A stretch of 64,000 bases of DNA from Vicinamibacterales bacterium (GTDB taxonomy: Bacteria > Acidobacteriota > Vicinamibacteria > Vicinamibacterales > UBA2999). The position numbers and the translations under genes were made by a program. The notes beneath the pieces were generated by a model. The model was not told the DNA's origin, made no database searches, and worked only from the letters and a program-made list of their open reading frames with translations. Below, piece by piece: positions 42,836 to 52,119 of this stretch. The stretch covers positions 11,330 through 75,329 of the forward strand of contig JBEBGV010000011.1 of the NCBI GenBank assembly GCA_040081265.1, given 5' to 3'. How positions within the stretch are numbered: the stretch's first letter is position 1; the number at the start of each line of letters is the position of its first letter.

Positions 42836-43855
42836 ATGAAGAAGAGCAGTGTGCTGCGCACGGCGCAGGTGTGTCTGGTCGTGTGCGCGGTGGTGTTTGG
42901 TGTCGTCACCGTCACCGCGCAGGTGGTGCCGACAATACGGGCGCTGACCGAAGAGTGGCCCGAAACGATCAAGGTGGACGGGATCGAGATCCTGCCTGTC
43001 CTGAAGAACGTGTACATGCTCGTGGGCGGCGGGGCCAACGTGACGATTGCCTTCGGCGATGAAGGCGTCGTGATGGTGGACTCGGGGGCGCCCGGCCAGG
43101 CGGCCCGGCTGCAGGCGGCTGTGCGACGCGTGACTCGCAAACCGCTGCGCTATCTGCTCAACACCGGCCCCGATGCGGATCACGTGGGTGGCAACGGCGA
43201 CATGGTGCGATGGGCCGGAGGGACCAGCGGTCCACAGGCCGGCCAGGGCGGAGGTCGCCCGCCGAATGCCGGCACTGCGGTGATCGCCCACGAGGGCGCG
43301 TACAACAGGATGATCGCCGGCACGGCCCAGTTCCCCGCGCTCACCGGCGATGCCCTGCCGGAATCAACCTTCTTTACGCCGCGGAAGGATCTGTACGCCA
43401 ATGGCGAGCCCGTGCAGCTGCTCTTCCAGCCGAGCGCGCACACCGACGGTGACGTCATGGTGTTCTTCCGCGGGTCGGACGTGGTCGCCACTGGTGAGGT
43501 GTATCGAACGGACCAGTATCCCTTTGTGGATATTGCTCGCGGAGGCTCGATCAATGGTCTGCTCGGTGCTCTGAACAACCTGCTCGACATTACCGTCCCG
43601 CAGCGCAACCAGATGGGCGGGACACGCGTGGTGCCGGCTTATGGCCGCATCTCGAACGAGGCAGACGTGCTCGAGTACCGGGACATGCTCACCATCATCC
43701 GTGACCGCGTCAAGGTGATGGTCGACAAGGGCCAGACGCTGGCGCAAGTTCGTGCCGCTGGTGTGGCGCTCGAATACAACGGCGTCTACGGCACCAAATC
43801 CAACTGGACTGGCGACATGTTCGTTGAAGCCGTCTACAACAGCCTGAAGAAGTAG
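42836..43855 (+). CDS. secreted MBL-fold protein with degenerate metal-binding motifs
   Basis: Signal peptide MKKSSVLRTAQVCLVVCAVVFGVVTVTAQ. MBL layout (VMVDSGAP; NTGPDADHVGGN in place of THxHxDHxGGN; SAHTDGD; PAYGR in place of PGHG). Confidence 0.7.
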   Translation: MKKSSVLRTAQVCLVVCAVVFGVVTVTAQVVPTIRALTEEWPETIKVDGIEILPVLKNVYMLVGGGANVTIAFGDEGVVMVDSGAPGQAARLQAAVRRVTRKPLRYLLNTGPDADHVGGNGDMVRWAGGTSGPQAGQGGGRPPNAGTAVIAHEGAYNRMIAGTAQFPALTGDALPESTFFTPRKDLYANGEPVQLLFQPSAHTDGDVMVFFRGSDVVATGEVYRTDQYPFVDIARGGSINGLLGALNNLLDITVPQRNQMGGTRVVPAYGRISNEADVLEYRDMLTIIRDRVKVMVDKGQTLAQVRAAGVALEYNGVYGTKSNWTGDMFVEAVYNSLKK

Positions 43856-43862
43856 GCGAGCC

Positions 43863-44813
43863 ATGACAATCCGAACCTTTGGACGGCTGACATTTGGCAT
43901 CGGTGCGTGCGCAGCGTGGCTGCTCGCATCGGGTTTGGCGGATCTGGCGGCGCAGGGACAGCAGGCGCCCGCGGCCCCCGTCGGCCAGCAGGCACCGGGA
44001 CGCCAGGGCGGCCCGGCACCCAACCCGGGTGGTGGCGCTCGAGCAGGCGGCGGTGGACAGCGCGGGGGTGGTCAGGGTCGCGGCGCGGCTCCTGCGACGG
44101 CGCAGGCTGCAGCTCCCACCGACTTCACTGGCACCTGGGTATCGATCATCACGGAAGACTGGCGCTTCCGCATGGTGACCCCGCCGAAGGGCGATGCAGC
44201 GAGTATCCCGGCCAATCAGGCGGCGATCCAGGCATCTGAAAACTGGGATCCGGCCAAGGACATCGCCGCCGGCGAACAGTGCAAGGCGTTCGGTGCGCCC
44301 GGGATCATGCGCATGCCGACGCGCATCCGGATCTCGTGGCAGGATCCGCAGACCCTGAAACTGGAATTCGACAACGGCACGCAGACACGTCTGTTCCACT
44401 TCGCGGCGAATACGCCGGCGCCGGCCCAGCCCGACTGGCAGGGTCATTCAATTGCCCGCTGGGAGACCATGCAGGAATCGCAGGGACAACCGGCAGCAGG
44501 CGGGCGCGGCGGCGGTGCCCCGGCGCTGAGCGGTGGCCTTCGGGTCGCGACCCGGCAGCTGCGGTCCGGCTACATGCGGCGCAATGGCATTCCGTATAGC
44601 GCGAACGCCGTCTACAACGAGGTGTTCGACGTGGCACCCGGGCCGCAGAACGAAACGTGGTTGATCATCACCTCGGAGTTGATCGACCCGCAGTTCCTGA
44701 ACCAGCCGTACATGCTGAGTACGCAGTTCAAGAAGGAGCCGGACGCATCGAAATTCAGCCCCCGCCCCTGCGAGCTGACACCGCCAGTCACCGGGGCGGC
44801 TGACGCGCGGTAG
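43863..44813 (+). CDS. secreted hypothetical protein (paralog B), with a Gly/Gln/Ala-rich low-complexity N-terminal region
   Basis: Signal peptide FGIGACAAWLLASGLADLAAQG, low-complexity GGGARAGGGGQRGGGQGRG, then a domain collinear with the 41918-42823 product. Confidence 0.6.
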   Translation: MTIRTFGRLTFGIGACAAWLLASGLADLAAQGQQAPAAPVGQQAPGRQGGPAPNPGGGARAGGGGQRGGGQGRGAAPATAQAAAPTDFTGTWVSIITEDWRFRMVTPPKGDAASIPANQAAIQASENWDPAKDIAAGEQCKAFGAPGIMRMPTRIRISWQDPQTLKLEFDNGTQTRLFHFAANTPAPAQPDWQGHSIARWETMQESQGQPAAGGRGGGAPALSGGLRVATRQLRSGYMRRNGIPYSANAVYNEVFDVAPGPQNETWLIITSELIDPQFLNQPYMLSTQFKKEPDASKFSPRPCELTPPVTGAADAR

Positions 44814-44901
44814 GGAAGTGCGAAGTTTGAAGTGCGAAGTTTGAAGTAGAAGTTCGAAGTAAGAAGACACGAAGCTTGAACTTCGAACTTCGAACTTCAC
44901 T
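44814..44901. repeat. heptamer tandem-repeat hairpin element (GAAGTNN / CTTCGAA units), locus 2
   Basis: Left arm: gaagtgc gaagttt gaagtgc gaagttt gaagta gaagttc gaagtaa gaagacac gaagctt. Right arm: gaa cttcgaa cttcgaa cttcac. Fills the whole spacer between TAG (44811-44813, + gene) and tca (44897-44899, - gene). Confidence 0.85.
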
Positions 44902-45781
44902 CCAGTCCCGACATCTCGAAAATCAGTTTTCCCAGTTCGGAGTAGTCCCGCTCCCCGCGGTGCTGCGCGACCAGGGTCATCACCAGGTTGCTGGCCGCGG
45001 TTGTAACCGGCGCTACTGTTGCCACCTCGTCGACAGCCGTCAGCACGTTGCGCAGATCCTTCGCGAACAGCTCGGTGCGGAAGCCGGGCACGTAGTTACC
45101 CTTCAGCATGCGCTCACCGTGGACATCGAGGACGCGGCTCTGCGCGAATCCACCGAGCAGGGCTTCGCGGACGCGAGCGGGATCAACGCCCGCCTTGCGG
45201 GCCAGGGCAAATGCCTCGCCGACGACGCCGATCGTTCCGGCAAGCACCATCTGGTTGCACAGCTTGCAGAGCTGGCCGGCGCCTGATTCTCCGACGTAGA
45301 CGATGCGCTCCGGGTTGCCCATCGCGCGGAGGATCGGCGTGACCGTGTCGAACGCCTGACGGTCACCACCGACCATGATCGACAGCGTTCCCTGGACCGC
45401 GCCGATTTCACCGCCACTGACCGGGGCGTCGAGCATCGTTGCGCCGCGCGCTGTAGCCGCGGTGGCAAGTCGACGCGCCGAGGCCGGAGCGATGCTGCTC
45501 ATGTCGATGATGATCGTCCCGGGTTGAATGGCCGCCAGGATGCCATCGGGCCCCTCGAGTACCTTCTCCACGTCGGGCGAGTCGGGCACCATCGTGATGA
45601 TTGTGGTGGCCTGCGCGGCGACGTTCCGCGGAGAGTTGGCGCGTATCGCACCGGCGTCGACCAGTTCCTGGACCGGGCCGTCGCTGCGGCTGTGGACGAC
45701 GAGCGGGAAGCCTGCCGTCAGGAGGTTTCTGGCCATGGGTTTGCCCATGAGCCCGAGGCCGATGAATCCGACATGCGCCAT
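44897..45781 (-). CDS. NAD(P)-dependent 3-hydroxyisobutyrate dehydrogenase / 2-hydroxy-3-oxopropionate reductase family protein
   Basis: N-terminal Rossmann VGFIGLGLMGKPMARNL, 6PGDH-like NAD-binding and C-terminal helical domains (GAGQLCKLCNQM). Confidence 0.85.
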   Translation of the reverse strand: MAHVGFIGLGLMGKPMARNLLTAGFPLVVHSRSDGPVQELVDAGAIRANSPRNVAAQATTIITMVPDSPDVEKVLEGPDGILAAIQPGTIIIDMSSIAPASARRLATAATARGATMLDAPVSGGEIGAVQGTLSIMVGGDRQAFDTVTPILRAMGNPERIVYVGESGAGQLCKLCNQMVLAGTIGVVGEAFALARKAGVDPARVREALLGGFAQSRVLDVHGERMLKGNYVPGFRTELFAKDLRNVLTAVDEVATVAPVTTAASNLVMTLVAQHRGERDYSELGKLIFEMSGLE

Positions 45782-45802
45782 GGGCGCAGTATAGTGCGAG
45801 GG

Positions 45803-46105
45803 ATGTTCACACTTCTGGTGCAGGTCGAGGTGAGACCGGAGTGTCTCGACGACTTCGCACAGGCGGCCACTGAGAACGCACGTGCGTCAGTTCGACTCGA
45901 TCGCGGTTGCCTGCGCTTCGATGTGCTTCAGTCGATCGATGCGCCGACCAGGTGGGTGTTCTACGAGGCCTATTCCAATCAGGCCGCATGGGAGCAGCAC
46001 CGGCTGTCGCCACACTTCGTCGCCTACAAGGCAGTTGCGGATCGCGCGCTGGTTTCCAGGGTGGCGACCCGGCTGTCACCGGTCGTGGTCACGGACGCGT
46101 CATAG
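45803..46105 (+). CDS. antibiotic-biosynthesis-monooxygenase (ABM/Dabb) domain protein
   Basis: ATG 45803. 100 aa ferredoxin-like MFTLLVQVEVRPECLDDFAQAATENARASV..EPGCLRFDVLQ...FYEAY...AWEQHRLSPHF. The upstream part of ORF 45524-46105 overlaps the divergent gene and is rejected. Confidence 0.75.
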   Translation: MFTLLVQVEVRPECLDDFAQAATENARASVRLDRGCLRFDVLQSIDAPTRWVFYEAYSNQAAWEQHRLSPHFVAYKAVADRALVSRVATRLSPVVVTDAS

Positions 46106-46206
46106 AGAAGGGGCGGGGTGTCAGAGCATGCAGCCCGGGCGACGGGCATCTGACCAACCCACGCCTCGAAATCTAACTGGGCGAGCGACTTAGCGGCGGT
46201 CGCTGA

Positions 46207-46235
46207 TTGGTCGCCTCGACGCTTTGCCTTATAAT
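46207..46235 (+). promoter_or_regulatory. candidate sigma70-type promoter of clpC
   Basis: TTGGTC (46207-46212), 17 nt spacer, TATAAT (46230-46235), about 48 nt upstream of the clpC ATG. Followed by the inverted repeat AAGAGA-N7-TCTCTT (46242-46260). Confidence 0.45.
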
Positions 46236-46282
46236 GCCGATAAGAGATTCAACGTCTCTTCACACTAATCAGGCGGGCCTGG

Positions 46283-48718
46283 ATGTTCGAACGCTACACG
46301 GAAAGGGCGCGACGGGTTCTGTTCTTTGCCCGCTATGAGGCCAGCCAGCTCGGCAGCATCTCCATTGAGACCGAGCACCTTCTGCTTGGCCTGATTCGCG
46401 AAGGCAAGGGGCTGACCAGCCGTATTTTCGCCCGCTCACACCTCTCTCTCGAGAATATCCGGAAGGAAATCGAAGGCCGGACGGTGTTCCGGGAAAAGGT
46501 GTCGACCTCGGTCGAGATCCCTTTTAGCGCCGAAACCAAGCGGGTGCTGCAGTTTGCGGCCGAAGAAGCGGACCGTTTGCTGCACAACTACATCGGCACC
46601 GAGCACCTCCTGCTCGGTATCCTCCGCGAGGAGCGTTCGGTGGCGGCTTCCATCCTGATGGAAAAGGGGATGCGCCTCCACACCGTCCGAGAGGACATCG
46701 TCCAGCTGCTCAACGAGAAGACGACGTTGACCCGGGTGAAGGAGACGCCCCTGCTCGCCGAGTTCAGCCGAGACCTGACCGAGGCGGCGATGAAGAATCA
46801 GCTCGACCCCCTGGTCGGGCGCGACTACGAGCTCGAGCGGGTGCAGCAGGTGCTCTGCCGCCGGACCAAGAACAACGCCGTCCTGATCGGCGAGCCCGGT
46901 GTTGGCAAGACCGCTATCGTCGAAGGTCTGGCGCAGAAGATTGTCTATGGGGACGTGCCGCATTTCCTGGCGGACAAGCGTCTTCTCGCCCTCGACATTT
47001 CCCTCATCGTGGCCGGTACCAAGTACCGCGGGCAGTTCGAGGAACGCCTGAAAGCCATCATGAAGGAGCTGACCGAGAACCCCAACATCATCGTGTTCAT
47101 CGACGAGCTCCATACGTTGGTCGGAGCCGGATCTGCCGAAGGGTCGCTCGACGCGGCCAATATCCTGAAGCCCGCGCTGTCACGAGGCGAGATTCGCTGC
47201 ATCGGCGCGACGACTCCAACGGAGTACCGGAAGTACATCGAGAAGGACCGCTCCCTGGAACGCCGCTTCCAGGCGATCAAGGTCGATCCGCCTGCCGAGA
47301 AGGAGACGATTGAGATCCTGATGGGCGTGAAGGATCGCTACGAGCAGTTCCATCACGTTGAATACACGCGTGAGGCGATCGAAGCTGCCGTCTATCAATC
47401 GAGCCGCTACATCACCGACCGGTTCCTGCCCGACAAGGCCATCGACCTCGTCGACGAGGCGGGAGCACGAGCGAAGCTGAAAGAAGCGGGCTACAGCGAG
47501 GAATTCGGAGAGATCAACAAGAGCATCCGTGTGGCGGTTGAGCGCATGGAGCAGGCGGTTTCCCAGAAGGATTTCGAGACGGCCCAGCGCGCCAGGGAAG
47601 AAGAGCTGTCGGCGCGCGAGAACCTGCAGTTCGTTCGTGAGAAGTTCGACGTGAAGTCCAGCACGCGCAAGGTCGTCGTCGGCAAGGCGGACATCGACGA
47701 GGTCGTGTCGAAGTGGACCGGTGTGCCGATTGCCTCGATCAACCAGGACGAGGGTGACAAGCTCCTGAGGATGGAGGCGGACCTGCACCGTCGCGTGGTC
47801 AGCCAGGAGACGGCCATCTCCGCGCTGTCGCGGGCCATTCGCCGTTCGCGCGCTGGATTGAAGAACCCGAACCGGCCGACCGGAAGCTTTATCTTCCTGG
47901 GGCCAACTGGCGTCGGCAAGACTGAACTCGCGCGGGCGCTGGCCAACTTCCTGTTCGGCAGCGACAACGCCCTGATTCGCTTCGACATGTCCGAGTACAT
48001 GGAGAAGCACTCGGTCTCGAAGCTGATCGGGTCACCGCCCGGGTATGTCGGCCACGAAGAAGGTGGTCAGCTGACCGAGAAGGTCAAGCGGAACCCGTAC
48101 TCAGTGGTGCTGCTGGACGAAATTGAGAAGGCGCATCCCGACATCTTCAACATCCTGCTGCAGGTCTTCGAAGACGGGCACCTGACCGACGGGCTGGGGA
48201 ATCGGGTCAATTTCAAGAACACCATCATCATCATGACGTCGAACATCGGTGCCCGCTTCATTCAGAAGAAGGCGTCGATGGGCTTCCAGGCCAGCGATGT
48301 CGGCGCGATCGACAAGAACGTCAACGACATGGTGCTTGGGGAGGTCAAGCGGACCTTCAACCCCGAGTTCATCAACCGTATCGACGAGATCATCGTGTTC
48401 GAGGCGCTGACCGACGATGATCTGCGCCGGATCATGAGCCTGCTCCTGGAGCAGCTGAACACGAACCTGGCCGATCGCCGCATGAAGGTCATCCTGTCGC
48501 CCGAGGTGGTCGACTGGATCATCGACATCACGTGCAAGGACCGTTCGTATGGCGCCCGGCCGTTGCGGCGCGCCATCCAGCGGTACGTCGAGGATCCGCT
48601 CTCGGAAGAGCTCATCCGCGGGCACCTGCGCGATGGCGAAATTGAGGTATTCCTCGAGGGCGGCCAGATTTCCTACCGTCCAGCCGGCGAACTGACAGGC
48701 GGGCGGCGGCTCTCCTGA
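46283..48718 (+). CDS. clpC: ATP-dependent Clp protease ATP-binding subunit ClpC (class I Hsp100)
   Basis: Double Clp_N repeat ([20 protein letters not shown]...; [13 protein letters not shown]...), two AAA+ modules (GEPGVGKTA; GPTGVGKTE), UVR-like linker ([13 protein letters not shown]). Confidence 0.88.
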   Translation: MFERYTERARRVLFFARYEASQLGSISIETEHLLLGLIREGKGLTSRIFARSHLSLENIRKEIEGRTVFREKVSTSVEIPFSAETKRVLQFAAEEADRLLHNYIGTEHLLLGILREERSVAASILMEKGMRLHTVREDIVQLLNEKTTLTRVKETPLLAEFSRDLTEAAMKNQLDPLVGRDYELERVQQVLCRRTKNNAVLIGEPGVGKTAIVEGLAQKIVYGDVPHFLADKRLLALDISLIVAGTKYRGQFEERLKAIMKELTENPNIIVFIDELHTLVGAGSAEGSLDAANILKPALSRGEIRCIGATTPTEYRKYIEKDRSLERRFQAIKVDPPAEKETIEILMGVKDRYEQFHHVEYTREAIEAAVYQSSRYITDRFLPDKAIDLVDEAGARAKLKEAGYSEEFGEINKSIRVAVERMEQAVSQKDFETAQRAREEELSARENLQFVREKFDVKSSTRKVVVGKADIDEVVSKWTGVPIASINQDEGDKLLRMEADLHRRVVSQETAISALSRAIRRSRAGLKNPNRPTGSFIFLGPTGVGKTELARALANFLFGSDNALIRFDMSEYMEKHSVSKLIGSPPGYVGHEEGGQLTEKVKRNPYSVVLLDEIEKAHPDIFNILLQVFEDGHLTDGLGNRVNFKNTIIIMTSNIGARFIQKKASMGFQASDVGAIDKNVNDMVLGEVKRTFNPEFINRIDEIIVFEALTDDDLRRIMSLLLEQLNTNLADRRMKVILSPEVVDWIIDITCKDRSYGARPLRRAIQRYVEDPLSEELIRGHLRDGEIEVFLEGGQISYRPAGELTGGRRLS

Positions 48719-48831
48719 GCCGACCGGGCCCATCCAGCCCCAATTTCCGCCCTGTCAGGACCGGAGCCAACCGGTCCGTGACTTCGTGCGTCATATCCGC
48801 AGTCGGTTCAGTAAAATAGGCCCACTAAGAC

Positions 48832-51627
48832 ATGCGCACTCCACCCTTCGGCCTCCGGGCCCTGATCGCGTCCACGGTTCTACTCGGCGCGACGGCGGTC
48901 GGAGCGCAGACCCCTGCCCCGGCTCCCGTCCCCGCCGCCGCGACGGGGACCAATCCGTCAACGGTCTGTGGCCTGCCGATTCCGGCCCCTGCCGCGCTCC
49001 CGCCGGCTGACTCGCCGCCGGTGATCTTCCAGATCGTTCCCTGCTTTGCCGCGCAGGGGAACACCTCAACGGTCGAGCCCGAGACGTATCTGTTCTACAT
49101 CCGGCTCCGGCCCAGCCTGCCCTCGCAGGCGCGATGGGTGCCATATGACGATGCGGCCGAGAACCTGATCAAGGAAGACTTCGCCCGCCTGTGGGCCACC
49201 AACTTCCTCGATGACCTGTCGATCGAGACCTCGGACTACGTGTTCAGCAACGGGGTGGTGGGCAAGCTGATCGTCTACAACCTCGAGGAGCGTGAGCGGG
49301 TCAAGGTGGTCGACTATCAGGGGTCGAAAGAGATCGACCGCACCAAGATCCAGGAACAGCTGACCGAGCGCGGGATCGAGCTTCGTCTCGACTCGTTCGT
49401 CGACGCCGGCGCGATTCGACGCGTGGAAACCGTGTTGCGCGAGATGATGGCGTCAAAAGGCTTCTCAAACGCCGAGGTGACCCACAAGACCACCCCGGTC
49501 GCGGGCGGACCCAAACTCGTCAACGTGACGTTCACCGTCAGCGAGGGGCCGAAGATCCGTATCCGTCGCATCGACTTTGTCGGGAACACGGCTGTGAACG
49601 ACGGCCCGCTGCAGCGAGCGCTCAAGGAGAACAAGCCGAAAGGCATCCTGTCGTTCATCACCGGTGGGGGCACGTACAAGGAAGACAAGTTCGAGGAAGA
49701 CGCGGATCGGGTCACCGAGTACTACCGCAATCGGGGGTACGCGCGTGTGCGCGTTGGCCAGCCCGAACTCAAGACGCTGGTGGACGAGAAGGACGGGAAG
49801 ACGCGCTGGGTGGAGTTGCGGATTCCGGTGACCGAAGGCCCGCGGTACAAGGTGGGCGAGTTCGACTTCGACGGCAACACCGTGCTCAAGGCGGATGTGC
49901 TCCGGACGCTCTTCAAGGTCAAGGCCGGCGACTGGTACAGCGAGAAGGAAGTTCGGGATGGCCTGCGAAAGGCGCAGGAGGCCTATGGTGGCGGCGGTTA
50001 CATGGAGTTCACCGGCGCCCCGGATCTGAAGTTCAAGAACGACGGCATCGAAACCGAGGCCGACGCCAGCGTACCTGCCGCCCTGCTGGCGGCCGACGAT
50101 GTGATCAACCCGGTGGTTGACGTGACGATGCGCCTGCAGGAAGGCAAGCAGTACTTCGTCAATCGAATCACGTTCACCGGCAACTCGACCACCCGCGACA
50201 ATGTCATTCGCCGCGAACTTCGCCTGGTCGAAGGCGGCTTGTTCAACACGGAAGCCCTGAAGTTCAGCGTGAGACGTCTGAATCAGCTGGGCTACTTCAA
50301 GCCGCTTGAAGGTAACGACAAAGACACCAAGGTCGACAAGACGCCCGGTCGAGACAATGCAGTCGACGTCACGATGAGGGTAGAAGAGCAGAACCGCAAT
50401 CAGCTCACCTTCGGCGCCGGGATGTCGCAGTACGAGGGCTTCTTCGGACAGCTCGGTTTTCAGACGTCCAACTTCCTCGGACGCGGTGAAAGCCTCACGC
50501 TGAACATGACGGCCGGCTCGCGGTCGCAGAACTACCAGCTGTCATTCACCGAGCCGTTCCTGTTCGACCGCAACATGACCGGTGGGTTCGACCTCCACAA
50601 GCGGTCGCTCCAGTACATCGGCTACTACACCCAGAAGTCGACGGGCGGGAACCTTCAGTTCGGCTTCCCGGTCGCCGACTTCGCGCGGATGTTCATGACC
50701 TACTCGTTCGAGAAGGTCCAGGTGGCTGACCTGAACGAGGCGCTCATCGACCCGTCATGCGCGACGACGGGTACGTGCTCGACGATTTCGCTGGCATCGC
50801 TGAACCAGCTCACGCCTGAGCAGGTCCAGCTGGTGCGGCGGAACCCGTTTGTCTACGACTCGCTGCTGATCGGAGAAGGCGGCGCCAGGACGATCAGCAA
50901 GATCACCCCGAGCATCGTGCACAACACGATCGATAATCCCATCTTCCCGGGGCAGGGTACGCGGCTCACCGCGTCATTCGACTTGGCCGGCCTGGGGGGA
51001 AACACCAGCTACTACAAGCCGTCGGTCGAAGGAATCTGGTACAAGCGGCACACGTCGCGGACCTCGATCGGGTTCCGTGGGCAGGTGCAGTACGTCGCGC
51101 CCTACGGGAGCACCGACTCCCTGCCGATTTTCGAACGCCTGACACTTGGCGGCGAGTACAGCGTGCGCGGCTATGACATCCGTTCGATTGGCCCGACGGT
51201 GCCTGATTCGCTCGTCGTCCTGGGCGGTAACAAGAGCCTGCTCTTCAACGCGGAATACCTGATCACCATCGCCGGACCGGTGCGCCTGATTCTGTTCTAC
51301 GACGCGGGCCAGGTGCGTGACCTGGGTCAGGCGTTCACGTGGAACGAAGACGTGCTGCGCGTGGACTACCCGACGAGTCCGCTGGTCGGCCCATCGTCGT
51401 CCGTGCTGGTCGATCCGTCGGCTCCAGGGCCAACGACGAAGGTGATCGGAAGGAGCAGCGCCTTCAAGACGTCTACCGGCGCCGAGATTCGTTTCTTCAT
51501 GCCGGTGCTGAACGTGCCGTTCCGGCTGATTTTTGCCGCGAACCCGCAACGCGCCGGCGTGCTGACCAACAACCTGGAGCCGGCGAAGGGAATGACCTTC
51601 CGCTTCGCGGTGGGTTCGACGTTCTAG
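48832..51627 (+). CDS. bamA: outer-membrane protein assembly factor BamA (Omp85 with POTRA domains)
   Basis: 931 aa. Signal peptide, repeated POTRA-like modules (IRIRRIDFVGNTAV...; VNRITFTGNSTTRDNVIRRELR), C-terminal Omp85 barrel ending ...TFRFAVGSTF. Confidence 0.9.
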   Translation: MRTPPFGLRALIASTVLLGATAVGAQTPAPAPVPAAATGTNPSTVCGLPIPAPAALPPADSPPVIFQIVPCFAAQGNTSTVEPETYLFYIRLRPSLPSQARWVPYDDAAENLIKEDFARLWATNFLDDLSIETSDYVFSNGVVGKLIVYNLEERERVKVVDYQGSKEIDRTKIQEQLTERGIELRLDSFVDAGAIRRVETVLREMMASKGFSNAEVTHKTTPVAGGPKLVNVTFTVSEGPKIRIRRIDFVGNTAVNDGPLQRALKENKPKGILSFITGGGTYKEDKFEEDADRVTEYYRNRGYARVRVGQPELKTLVDEKDGKTRWVELRIPVTEGPRYKVGEFDFDGNTVLKADVLRTLFKVKAGDWYSEKEVRDGLRKAQEAYGGGGYMEFTGAPDLKFKNDGIETEADASVPAALLAADDVINPVVDVTMRLQEGKQYFVNRITFTGNSTTRDNVIRRELRLVEGGLFNTEALKFSVRRLNQLGYFKPLEGNDKDTKVDKTPGRDNAVDVTMRVEEQNRNQLTFGAGMSQYEGFFGQLGFQTSNFLGRGESLTLNMTAGSRSQNYQLSFTEPFLFDRNMTGGFDLHKRSLQYIGYYTQKSTGGNLQFGFPVADFARMFMTYSFEKVQVADLNEALIDPSCATTGTCSTISLASLNQLTPEQVQLVRRNPFVYDSLLIGEGGARTISKITPSIVHNTIDNPIFPGQGTRLTASFDLAGLGGNTSYYKPSVEGIWYKRHTSRTSIGFRGQVQYVAPYGSTDSLPIFERLTLGGEYSVRGYDIRSIGPTVPDSLVVLGGNKSLLFNAEYLITIAGPVRLILFYDAGQVRDLGQAFTWNEDVLRVDYPTSPLVGPSSSVLVDPSAPGPTTKVIGRSSAFKTSTGAEIRFFMPVLNVPFRLIFAANPQRAGVLTNNLEPAKGMTFRFAVGSTF

Positions 51628-51635
51628 GTCCGGTC

Positions 51636-52049
51636 TTACTTGTGTTCGACCACGAGGGTGTAGCTGGTGGGTTCGGTCAGTCGTCCGGTGTCATAGGCGC
51701 GGACGCAGAATGCGCCCGCCGTCTGCGCGCTGCCAACGATCGTCCGCCCCTCGGAGGCTAGGTCGTTGGAAATGACCACCTGACAAGTCTCGAACTGGGT
51801 GCTCCAGGTGCCGAGTGAGATTCCGATTGGAATCGTGTTGTCGGGGCTGACAGCGGTCAGCGTGGCGGTGACGGCGGCAGGTGTGCCGACCACAAATGGA
51901 TGCGTGATCGCACCGTTGATCGTCAGGGTTCCCGAGAAGCTCTCGGTGATGACGGGTACCTCGGGGGTAGGAGCGGTCGGCGCGTCGTCGCAACCGACAA
52001 ATAACAGCGTGGTGCACAGAACGGCGACACCAAAGAAGGCTCGGGACAT
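51636..52049 (-). CDS. small lipoprotein, function unknown
   Basis: ATG at 52049. MSRAFFGVAVLCTTLLFVGC lipobox, then a beta-rich 115-aa domain. The upstream 166 codons of ORF 51636-52547 are the antisense of skp and are rejected. Confidence 0.6.
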   Translation of the reverse strand: MSRAFFGVAVLCTTLLFVGCDDAPTAPTPEVPVITESFSGTLTINGAITHPFVVGTPAAVTATLTAVSPDNTIPIGISLGTWSTQFETCQVVISNDLASEGRTIVGSAQTAGAFCVRAYDTGRLTEPTSYTLVVEHK

Positions 52050-52119
52050 GAACGGATGCTCCTGACGCAATGCGGGTCTCGACCAAATCTTACTTGCCCG
52101 GGAGAACTGGAGTAAAATC

